Shown here one piece after another: positions 11,747 to 22,465 of a stretch of 37,470 bases of DNA (positions are counted from its first letter, which is position 1; each line of letters begins with the position of its first letter). The notes under the pieces were generated by a model. That model was not told the DNA's origin. It made no database searches and worked only from the letters and a program-made list of their open reading frames with translations. A program made the position numbers and the translations under genes. This DNA is from Welwitschia mirabilis. Its lineage: Eukaryota. The stretch is from positions 9,474,931 through 9,512,400 of the forward strand of contig JBOZIK010000001.1 in NCBI GenBank assembly GCA_051453625.1, read 5' to 3'.

Positions 11747-13789
11747 CTTTTTTAAAATAAATCTATCAGCTGAGATCTATAGAGACTAAAATATTGGATA
11801 ACAGAAAGGATACTTAAGCATTTAATACAGAATATGCAGATATAATTACTGAGTTTTCATATATCCATGGCTACAATACATTTGACAAGCTATAGGTAAC
11901 AATAGAATCATGACATTAAGATTGAAAGGACAATAGTTACAAGTCTTTCTCCAAGATTGTAAATCTGGCATCCATAAAGGGTTAGAATGTGATTCAAGAG
12001 AAAAGCAGGTATCTGTAGTGTCCCATTCTTTTTTATTCTTAATTCACAACTTATAACTCACCTTGCTTGCTAAGAAAGGATCTGGGGAAAAAAATTGGCA
12101 TCCAGTGAAGCAAGTGTCTTCTTATTTGTCTAGATCTCTTGCAAAAAACAAACCTAAAAAGAACGGGTTTCATACACAACTTGGCTTGCAGCAATTGTGC
12201 ATATAAGGTTTTCATCCACCAGTGGTTAATCATTACTGATAAGTCATTTATTATATACAAAGCATATTGTTTGTGATTTGAATTTGAAAACTACTAATTT
12301 AGTAAGTTTTCATCCAGAAAGCTCAACTTACAACCTTCCAGCTACTCTGTTTTGACTGGTAACCATTTACTGCAATGAGAAGCAGCCTTCCCCCAAGGGT
12401 AAGACCAGCACCTTACCCCTCATGAGGAGGTTTTGGATGTTTATGTCATGTTAGTCACCTCAGATACATTGTAGTTCTCATTTTTAATTGGCATTTCCAT
12501 CATCAAATCTTTGTACCCATTGTTTGTTCCTTCAGTAGACACCTTTAGACTATTTGTTTCTAAAAGCATGTGACTCAATTATGAACTAACTATGCCTTAA
12601 TAAATGCATAGCTCATTAGATGTTAAACATCCACAAAAAGGAGCCAGTTTTTATTTCGTCCACTTCTAACTCCATGTGATAAACTTGATAGTCCTACTAT
12701 TTACCTGGTACTTTTGTTTCTCTAAATGCTTTTATTCTTGATGCGATTCTTAAAGATAATTTTTTTAAAATACACCATATTTTCCAATTCTATTGTTTTT
12801 CCACTTAGTAGACTTCTTAAGATACTTTTTAAGACAAATCTCAAAGTTGTTTAAATGTGAGAAATAATAGTTAGACTTAAAGTTCATCATGTTTAATATT
12901 AAAAGCAGTAATTGCAGAATAACAGTTCTGTGTAGCACTATAAGGCACCACATATTAAGTGTCAGATAGGTCTACCCAGCTCCACTGGAGAACTTGTATG
13001 ATGTGCTCCTTTGAATCATAAAGCCTTGAGACAATGTTAAAGAGTGTTAACATATCAATATTGTACTTTCTGTATTAAGTTGCGAACTAAGTGTTGTTTA
13101 TGTAACATATAAAAACAGTTAAATATTACTCATGATACATATGACTGCACTCACAAATGATGAGATACATATTACTCTTGAGGGAAAGTCAAATCCTTCT
13201 AATGTAAAGAGACACCAATAATGATTATAACAGTTTCCTTTATAAGTTGTGTTCTTACTAACTTGTATTAATAATACTGGTGATGACAGTAATAACAGAC
13301 TTACATACTGATTGGTTTTAATCCCAATGGCACATTTATGATCTAACCAATGATTGAGAAGTTTGCAAGTAATCACCAGATTGGCAATTTGTTGATGTTT
13401 TAAAAGTTATATAACTGGAACAAGGACCACCCTGATTCCTCTCTTTCCTTTTTTAACCACAATCTATGATTAATAGTAGATTAATTGCAGTTGTAATCCT
13501 TCATAAATGAAAAAATAGAAGTGGGGGCTGCTGCATAAAAGCTGGACACAGTAATCCTAAACTTCATTTCTGTTGCATTGAATTATGTTGCATTTTGCAT
13601 TCATTCTAAAATCATTCCATCACTGCTCAAAAATGCCTTCGCTCAGATTTGTTCAACATTTCCATATTTTATTCACTGTTAGTTATGAGTTTCCCTTGAT
13701 TTCTTTGAGTTTTCAGCATTTTTTCTATTTTTCAAAGTCAAATATGCATTTTCAATTGGGTTGTAGCCATCTTGCTAATCTCTATTGAA

Positions 13790-14851
13790 TATTGTGCCTT
13801 TTAAAATTCTTTACTGAAGTAGGTATCTCCATAGTTAATTTTCTAGCATCTTTGCAAGATTTACATGAGAGTGTGCAAACACCCTCTTCACCCCACTCCA
13901 TCAAGGTTGCTCTAGAATTTCTTTTTCTTTTTTCCCCCTTCTTTTTGTTTTCTTTTTAAGTTTTAGGAGCTTCACCCTACCATGGCTTCCACAAGCAACC
14001 AAGAGGGACACTATTGCAAGGCCTCCTTTGTTTACAGGATCAACCTATCCCTCTTGAAAATCAAAGATGGCAATCTTCTTGCAATCAAATGATTGTGAAC
14101 TATGGGAAATGGTTCTTGATCGATACTCTTTACCAACTCATGCTAATAGCTGGAGTAACAGGATAAAAACCAAGAGACATTTGGGATGCTGATGACAAGA
14201 AAAATGCTACTCTCAATGCCAAGGCTATGAATGCTCTAATTTGGGCTAATAGTTGAAAGATGTACAAATGGGAGGAATCTTGACATTCTCATGGGAAGAA
14301 GTTAAAAAAACATATGAGAGATGTAGTATTGTTAACACTTCCAATCACATAAACTTCACTAATTTTGTGAAGGCTAGCTCTTCTAGAAGTTCACTTTCAG
14401 AGATTTGGAAGAGCATGCTTGAAAAGGGTTAGATTTCATTTATCTCTGACCTATTCTCCCATATGCAAAACTTTATAATCATTCTTTTGCTTTGTACTTA
14501 GAGCTGATACCTAATGCACAAAAGGCACAACTTGTATCGGAATCAGCTGTATTTCCTTCTCATGAACTCATAGGATTGTAACGAGAAGCTGCTTCTAAGG
14601 TAAAGAGCCCTAGATCTGAAAGAGTTGCTTGCCCCTGCTGTCAAGACAAGTTTGTGGAAGGGAAGCAGGAACTGAAGGCTTGTTACTACCCCATGAGAGT
14701 GGGGTTAGGCTGCTGCCTAACCACTATAAGTATTGTGTGTGCACTTTCTTGTTCTTTGCTTCTTTAAGTTAATTTTTTAGCATAGTTATAAGTTAAAATA
14801 TTGCAAGCATCCTATTCACCCCCTATGTAGGGTCATAAAGATTCACTAACA
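13790..14851 (+). mobile_element. Heavily deleted SIRE-type copia remnant inside the 3.4 kb FAH-gene intron
   Basis: LTR-end-like sequence ~13790-13897; leader GGTTGCTCTAGA as in element 1; gag N-terminus; LTR 3' part ending CCTATTCACCCCC...CTAACA at 14851, reverse-complement-similar to the ends of the other LTRs. Left boundary approximate. Confidence 0.8.
13982..14250 (+). pseudogene. N-terminal gag fragment of the SIRE remnant
   Basis: MASTSNQEGH/IARPPLFTGSTYPS*KSKMAIFLQSNDCELWEMV...WDADDKKNATLNAKAMNALI, homologous to the gag starts of elements 1 and 2; has a stop and frameshifts. Confidence 0.85.
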
Positions 14852-15146
14852 AGTTATTCAAGAACAATGTTAAGCTGATTCATGGTATTTAAAAAATAAA
14901 AACTAAAAGAATAAAAAATAAAACTCTAAATTTGTGTGATGCCTTCAATGACATATCCACACATCTAATATCGTCATATAGTGACGCATGCCAAACTAAA
15001 ATAAGCCTATGTCACAGAGAAAGCATTTAGATTAACTCACAAACTGCATATTTGCAAGAAATATTTTATACATCAATCACATGAATCATAATTAGTAAAT
15101 ATTTTTCACTGAAATCACAATAAGCAAAAAATAAATCGTGAGACAC

Positions 15147-15216
15147 CCAAAAACATGAGACATTGCATCCTCCTTTTTGATGCCACGTCCAGACTTGCCA
15201 ATTACCACAGCAAGTT
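15147..15216 (-). CDS. Exon of FAH-family protein: (E)[22 protein letters not shown](G)
   Basis: Acceptor ttattctgcAG, donor GG|GTgtct; 70 nt. Ends in phase 2, matching the next exon. ELAVVIGK is a canonical FAA_hydrolase motif. Confidence 0.88.
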
Positions 15217-17759
15217 CTGCAGAATAAAGTCCTTAGACTTTTCAGTTGTTTTTCATTAATTCTGATACTATAAATAAACGTGTAAGATTAAGCCAAGGTT
15301 ACAACACTCCAGACATGATAAAGAGTTCTATTGGAACATTTATGCTCCATCAAATGCAATAAAATGACAATGCACAATTTAAGGAAAAAAAACAATTAAC
15401 AGAATCCCTTTCTGTTAATCCAATTTGCATTGCTTGTGCACAGTTATTCGTCGTTTTAAAAGCCCTCTGGCTGAACAAGTGCAAGCTTCAAATTTTTAGT
15501 GTTATTTCTATACACATCTGCCAAAAATGCACTTAATAACACAATGAAAACAAACATGTTCTTACCTTACACAATGGGTACTACATTTTAATTTCATTTT
15601 CAAGTTTGAATAGATATTGTAAAACAGGGGTGAGCTTTCAGTACGCTGTTTCCAAGAAACAAAGATAAACGGGAATTACATGGATAACGCACAAAAATGT
15701 TGAAGCCAAAGGCTGCAGGGGAACCATTGTGAATTCAGCTAAGACAAATAAATCTGACATAATGCTTCAAAAGATAAATTAATTGAAATAACCTACAATT
15801 TTCAAACTCTTCAATTTAATAAAGGAAATTATTACATCTCTTCATATATTGTTGGTTCAATTGCAAAAGAAATTCCATGCATGTTCCAAATTGTACAAAG
15901 TGCTAAGGACTAGAGACCTTGAAGGCAGAGAAGCCAACTCTAAAACTACCAGGTGGATTGCAAATCCTAAGGCTTGAAGCTTGAAGGATTGATGCTGGTT
16001 TTTTCTAAGAGTACAAAAATGATATTATAGTTGTCTAGTGGTTTGTCCTTCTTTGAAGGTGTGCTAGAATACCCTAATACAATTCCTTCAACAAAAAAAA
16101 TCAACAAGATGACACCTTGAAATTCATTATGTTCATGTTGATGAAGATGCTGACAACAACCACTAAAGATCTTGATGATGTGGTGATTGACAAATAATGC
16201 TAAAAATGTTGATGATGCATTAATGATGTTGTTGACTATTCCGATTGTGTTCAATTGTAGTATGTAATTGCTACTAGCCCCATAATTTACTATTTTATGT
16301 TATTTNNNNNNNNNNNNNNNNNNNNNNNNNNNNNNNNNNNNNNNNNNNNNNNNNNNNNNNNNNNNNNNNNNNNNNNNNNNNNNNNNNNNNNNNNNNNNNN
16401 NNNNNACCTATGTCCTATAAATAAGTGGGTATTGTAAATACTTTGATATATCGAATAAAAAGGGTTTCTCCCAATATTTCTTTAGATGCTACTGGAAGAC
16501 TTGTCATGACTTGACATAATAACAAATTGATGCTGCTTCTTGAAAAAGGTAATGTTGACAACAGAAGTTAGTAAAGACTCAACCAACGTTAACAAGATTC
16601 AATCATTAATGAAGAGTAATGATGACGCTAACAAAACACTAATTGATTGACAATGACAATTGATATTGGTTCTGAAATGATAGATGAAGTAATGATGAAA
16701 GTAGAAGCAAGCTGATATTGAAGAAGTATAGCAAACTATATGGTTGCACTATTGTTGTTGGGGCAACAACAACGAATGATGTCGTCTTTGTAGAAGTGCT
16801 ACAATATAAGCCCATTTTATATGTTGTTTAGATTTCCCACTTTCAAAACATCTTGCATATTCTACGTCCACAAAACTAACCAAGAGACTCCAATGTCAAA
16901 CCCCCAAAGTACAATCACACATTTTGTGTTCCCTTCAAGTACTCAAATGTCCAATTTACGACATGTAAATGTTCCCATAGTAGATTACAAATACATCGCC
17001 AAACAACTCCCACTATATGGGCAGTGTCAGACCTAGAACAACTTATCGATACATCAAGCTACCCACTATAGAAGTGTAAGGAACTTTTTCATCTTACTTT
17101 CTCTGCTTCACTCACTACGAAACCACCTTTCAACAATCCAAAAAGTGCAAATAATGGTTTAGAAACATGCTTACAAATAACCATGTTAAAATGCTTAAGA
17201 ACTTTTAGAGATGTATCTAGATTTACTCAACCAAAGTTTACATGACCTTTTATCACTATGAATATGCATGCACAATAGCATCTTTGTTGTTCTAAGATCT
17301 TTGTTCCAAGATCTCTAGTCCAAAATCTTCTTGGCTGGCCCAAGAGATTTTATCACTTTGAATATCCATTCCCAATGTCGTTTATATAACGTTTCATTAG
17401 GTTTAAAACCCTCACATTATAATGGCATTACACCACCTCACATTAACATAAAAAATTGACTCTCTCTAGTACAAGGACTTTTCACACCCTTCTAATGTCA
17501 ACAGTCAAAGAAAATAGTAACCTTAAGAGGGAAGAATTGGCTTCATATACAACAATTCTCCCTGTTAAACATAAATCTAATAATCATTCAAGAATCAAAG
17601 TGATGCACTGTTCAAACACACATTACTCACATCACAAGACTTCCACGCTATTCTTTGCAGAAATCATGTTTCTCAATTGTTATTGCCTTTGTCATGAAGT
17701 CAACAACATTTTTCTTTGTATACCACACAAACTCAACAACAAACTTTGGAGAGACAAAA

Positions 17760-20120
17760 ACATCATTTATCCCATTGCAAATAGTGAATGGATGAGCCCT
17801 TTGCAAAGAATCCCAAAGAAAAATGGTAATAGTGAATCTTTGTAGATTTTCGTACTCTTAATACTTATACTAAGAAAGATCACTTTCTTGTTCCTTTCAT
17901 TCATGAAATCCTTGATTAAACTCTCTGGGCATCATTATTGTTGATTTCTGAATGGATACAATAGCTATAATCAAATTCCTATAGCTCCAGAAGATCAAGA
18001 AAAAACTACTTTTAGTTGTCAATGTGGAACTTTTGCCTACTGCCGCATGACTTTTAGTTTACTTAGTACTCTTGAAACTTTCCAAACATGTATAATGGGT
18101 CCTTTTGCTGAATTCTCAAATGAATATTTAGAAATTTTTATGGATTAATTTTCCCTCTTGATGTGATTCCTTCAATCAAACAATGTGTTATTTAAAGTTG
18201 ATCTTGAATCTTTGTATTGATCATAATCTCGAACCTAATTGGGAGAAACGTTATTTCATGGTTACTAGAAGCATTGTTTTAGGTCGTATTATTTCTAAAG
18301 AAGGAAGAGAAATGGATCTTACAAAGATTAATATCATTTGTTCTCTGCCTACCCCTATTTGTGTAAAAGATGAAAGATTTTTCTTAGGACATGCTGGTTT
18401 TGATCGCTATTTTATTCCATCCTTTACTTCTCTTAACAAACAATTGACTAAATTGCTTCTGAAAGATGCATCTTTCTCTTGGACCCTAATTGTGAACTTG
18501 CATTTCAAGAACTTAAGCAATTTTGATCATCTTCACTTATTCCTCAAGCTCCTAGTTAGTATTTTTCCTTTTCAGGTGATGACCGATGTGAGTGATTTCA
18601 CAGTAGGTGTACTCATAGGTCAAACTATTAATCATAAACCCTATGTCGTTTCCTATGCTAGCAAAACCTTGCATGATGTGCAACTTAACTATTCAACTAC
18701 TGAAAAGGAGATGTTATTTGTTATCTTTGCTCTTAAAAAGTGCCGCCACTATTTTATTGGTTATCCTATGATTATCTTTACTGATCATACTACTTTAAAA
18801 TACATTCTACATAAGCCCTTAATTAAACCTCTTCTTATGCATTAGGATCTTAAAATACATTCTACATAAGCCCTTAATTAAACCTCTTCTTATGCATTGG
18901 GATCTACTTATGCAAGAATTTACTATCACAATAATAATGGAGTTGGAAAGGAAAATCCTATTGTAGATCATTTATCTCCCCTTTCCCTACCTATCAATTC
19001 AACTTAATGGAAGTTTGCCAGACGAAAATTTATTTGTTGTTAATGCTTCACATTTGTATGCTCATATTGCAAATTTCAAATCCTATAGTAAACTCCCTCG
19101 AAACATGTGTTATTATGAGCAAAAGACAATTCTACCTTAACAACATAAATATTTAAAAGAACCACCACTATTGTTTAAATATTATGCTAGCCAAATCTTT
19201 CAAAGATGTGTACCTGACAATGAAATGGATAGTATCTTAGAATTTTGTCACAATGGTGTGTGTGGTGGTCCTTATAGTGAAAAGAAAATCATGTCTAACA
19301 TCTTAAATGCTAACTTCTTTTGGCCTACCCTTTTTTAGGAAACTAATGAATTTTGTAAATCTTGTGATAAAAGCCAACAAATGGGTAGTACTAGCAAAAG
19401 AATTGAAATGCCTCTTGAATCTACTATTGATTGTGAACCTTTTGATGTTTGGGGTACAAATTTCATTGAACCATTCCCACTCTCCTATGGTAATGTTTAT
19501 ATTCTTCTTTGTGTGGATTATGTTATTAAATGTCTAGAAGCCAAAACTTGCAAAGATTGTGATGCTAAAAATGTTATTAGATTCTTAAAAGAATAAGTTA
19601 AANNNNNNNNNNNTCATCCAAAAGTAATCATTAGTGATTAAGGAACCCATTTTTGTAATAAAATATTCAGAAACCTTAAGCTAAAACGTGGAATCACTCA
19701 TAAAATAGATATTGCTTAACATCTTCAAACCAATGGCCAACTAGTAGTAACAAACTGTGAGCTTACTCGAATTTTTCAGAAAACCGTTAGTGCAAATAGA
19801 AAAGATTGGTGTTTAAAATTTTCTAATGTAATATGGACTTACCGTATAGCTTACAAAACACACATTGGCATTACGCCTTACAAAGTTCTTTCGGTAAACA
19901 ATGCTTCCTGCCTAGTGAGATAGAACGTCAAGCTTTTGATGCTATTCGTAGACTTGATCTTGAAAAATGTGCAAAAAATAAAATGAATCAATTCAATAAA
20001 CTAGATGAGATTAGATTAAATTCTTATGAGAACCAAGTTCTTACTAAAAAATGAATAGGAAAGATTTTCAAGTAGGCATTAAAGTTTTGCTTTTCAATTC
20101 ATGTTTTAATCTATTTCCTA
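17760..20120 (+). pseudogene. Decayed Athila-type pol (RT, RNase H, integrase)
   Basis: RT IIYPIANSEWMSP, KDHFLVPFI, YNQIPIAPEDQEKTTF; RH TDVSDFTVG...YASKTL...NYSTTEKEML; INT GGPYS...FFWPTLF...CKSCDKS, EPFDVWGTNFIEPFP, VLLFNS. Many stops. Confidence 0.93.
18795..18904 (+). repeat. 55-bp tandem duplication in the Athila RNase H region
   Basis: TTAAAATACATTCTACATAAGCCC...TATGCATT(A/G)GGATC twice, one mismatch. Confidence 0.95.
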
Positions 20121-20894
20121 GATCTACACTAAAGTTATGCACTGATCAAATTTTAAATGGATTTGAAATTTATTTTGATTCACCTTTTGGTTGTAAACAT
20201 GGAAAAAAATCTAAGAAACCAAACGATCTAAAATTTTTGTTTATTCTTACTTTTGTTTCATTAAATCTCATAACTATTGGTACTTTTTGAATGATGAAAT
20301 AAGAGCTATGAGTCTCATCTAATCACATTTGAGAGGGTTGTTAGCTTTGGGGAAAGCCTACTGTTGTTCATTTTTCAAAATTTTTGAACCATTAAAAAAA
20401 AAGGCTCATCATGTCTATTCTTAAATTTTCTTTTTCCCAATAAATTCTAACCAAGCTATGTATTTTTCCCCTCAAAATCTTAGTTTTCATCTTAAATGAG
20501 GGGTATAACCAGTTGTTACCGAAGTTTTAAGGTACCTCTAAGCTAAATGTTGCTAGTAATTTATCATTTCTAGGACCCCTGCTACTAAATCTTACAAACC
20601 AGACCTTAATTTTAGCCTTGTTAATTTGGCACTACAGAACCAGAATCACGTGTAATCAAGTGATGTAGCTTCATTGAAGTAAATATTCTAGGGTTCTCTC
20701 TCTATAAAAAAAACTCCTTTTTGGCTCTTAGACGTCATTTCTACTTTGCACTTCATATGAAGTAGGCTATGGAGTCGCGTGATCATCTCGGAAGTTTGAT
20801 AACAAAGCTCTATCAGAATGGTGGTGAGTCTTATTTCAACTATTTTTTAATCTTCTCTTTAGCCTTATATTTACCTGCGCTTTTTTTCTTTTAG

Positions 20895-21780
20895 ACTTTG
20901 GCTGCTGAGTTTATTTGCTCTATGCTCTTTGCTACTTTTGCCCTCGAAAATGATGAATTAATTAGGGTTTGGGAAAGGAAGTGGTTAGTTGACCTTGATC
21001 ATGCATTTTATCCTAGTAACAATGTAGCTATGTTTTCCCAAGACCTTCATCATGATGAAGATGGAAGCATAGGGGAATCTGTTGTAGATAATCTTACTAC
21101 TCGTNNNNNNNNNNNNNNNNNNNNNNATGCCATAAATATACTTTTTCACACTAGTGATTGTGAATTGATAGATCTACATGTTTTTTTTAGATAGGGTATT
21201 ATCTATTCTAAATGACCTTAACCTCAATTCTAGTCTTTATGCCAATGGTTTACTTGTTAATTATCTTAGGCCATCCGATGTACCTCTTGTCCAATATGTT
21301 ATGTCCAACATCCTAAGTACCACACATAGATCCCATGCCTTTCCTAATGTATTGCAAGCCCTCTAGTTGTTTAAGTAAGGTCGTGCTCCTTATGTTCCTT
21401 ATCTCATAGCTACTTGTGGTGGTCATGCTCATTCTTCTCAGCGTTCTGTTGCCATCCCCTTGCCCTTTACCATTTAGCAAGTTATTACCCACCAACATCT
21501 TAGGATTTGTAAGCTTGGTCTTATTTGTTACCCTTCCCATTTCCCTACTGATTTCAAATAGCTTTAAGAGGTAGAGAGATTTTATGAGCATAAGTAGCAA
21601 CAGCCTAGACCTTAGCCAGAGTAATACGGTTCCTCCTTAGCTAGGATTGATGAGCGCTTGGACTTTTGTTCTTCATTCTATGACTCGATTCTTCTCTTCT
21701 AGACATGGATCGAGGCAAGATCAGGAAGTAGCTCAGCATGATCTTTAGCATTTCACCACCACTATGAAGTGTGAATACTA
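20895..21780 (+). pseudogene. Extra 3' ORF ('env-like'/Athila ORF) of the gypsy element, decayed
   Basis: ORF pieces 20898-21194 and 21178-21366 (LVQYVMSNILSTTHRSH) continue through stops into GRAPYVPYLIA...IPLPF; lies between INT and the 3' LTR. 3' end approximate. Confidence 0.65.
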
Positions 21781-22440
21781 TGGTCGAGATGACAGTGGAC
21801 CTTTTTCCTATCATCATTTCCCTACACTTCTTAGCTTATATATGTTTGTATTATAGTGAAAAGCGCTTTTTGCTCCACTCTAATCTTTATCAGTATTTTG
21901 TATGTATGTGATGCTTGAGCATCTTTATGTATGACAGTGTATGTTTTTCATATGTGAAATCTGTCTGTTTCGCTATCTTTTTGTAACATTATATTATGAT
22001 ATGATATTTGGGTATGTTTTATATCCATGTTTTTCTTTATAGTTTGCAAGTTTAATAAAAAGCAATAAATTTTTTACTTTGCTCTTTTTTCAGAATAATG
22101 AACAAAAAGATTGAAATATCTAATGTCTCTACATTATACTCATTATCTCTTCTTACACATATGTTGTTATGCTATTTATTTGTACTAGTATTGTTGCTTT
22201 CGCATGTTGTTTTTTATTTTAGAGGACCAAACTATGAAACTACAACATCCTATATAAAGCTCGAAATCTATATTAGTAGTCCGCAGGGTAAAGTAAATGA
22301 GGCAATTCCTTACCATCAAGTGAAATGATGAATATCATGACATGTTCTGATAATAGGTCTGATTCTACACCTGTGGGCAAACATGCAGATTATTAGCAAG
22401 CTTCATTCCTCTTATCATCACTCGCATGAGACGTACAAGA

Positions 22441-22465
22441 AGACTAGCTAGGGTGTGATGAAGCC
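22441..22465 (+). other. Probable PPT / 3' LTR junction of the Athila-like element
   Basis: AGACTAGCTAGGGTG followed by TGATGAAGCC resembles a decayed Athila junction; AT-rich LTR-like DNA follows. Confidence 0.5.

Noticed and set aside
12380..12430. Small hairpin (GGGTAAG...CTTACCC) with faint resemblance to a plant SINE body
   Set aside because: Too short; no A/B boxes, tail or TSD recognisable.
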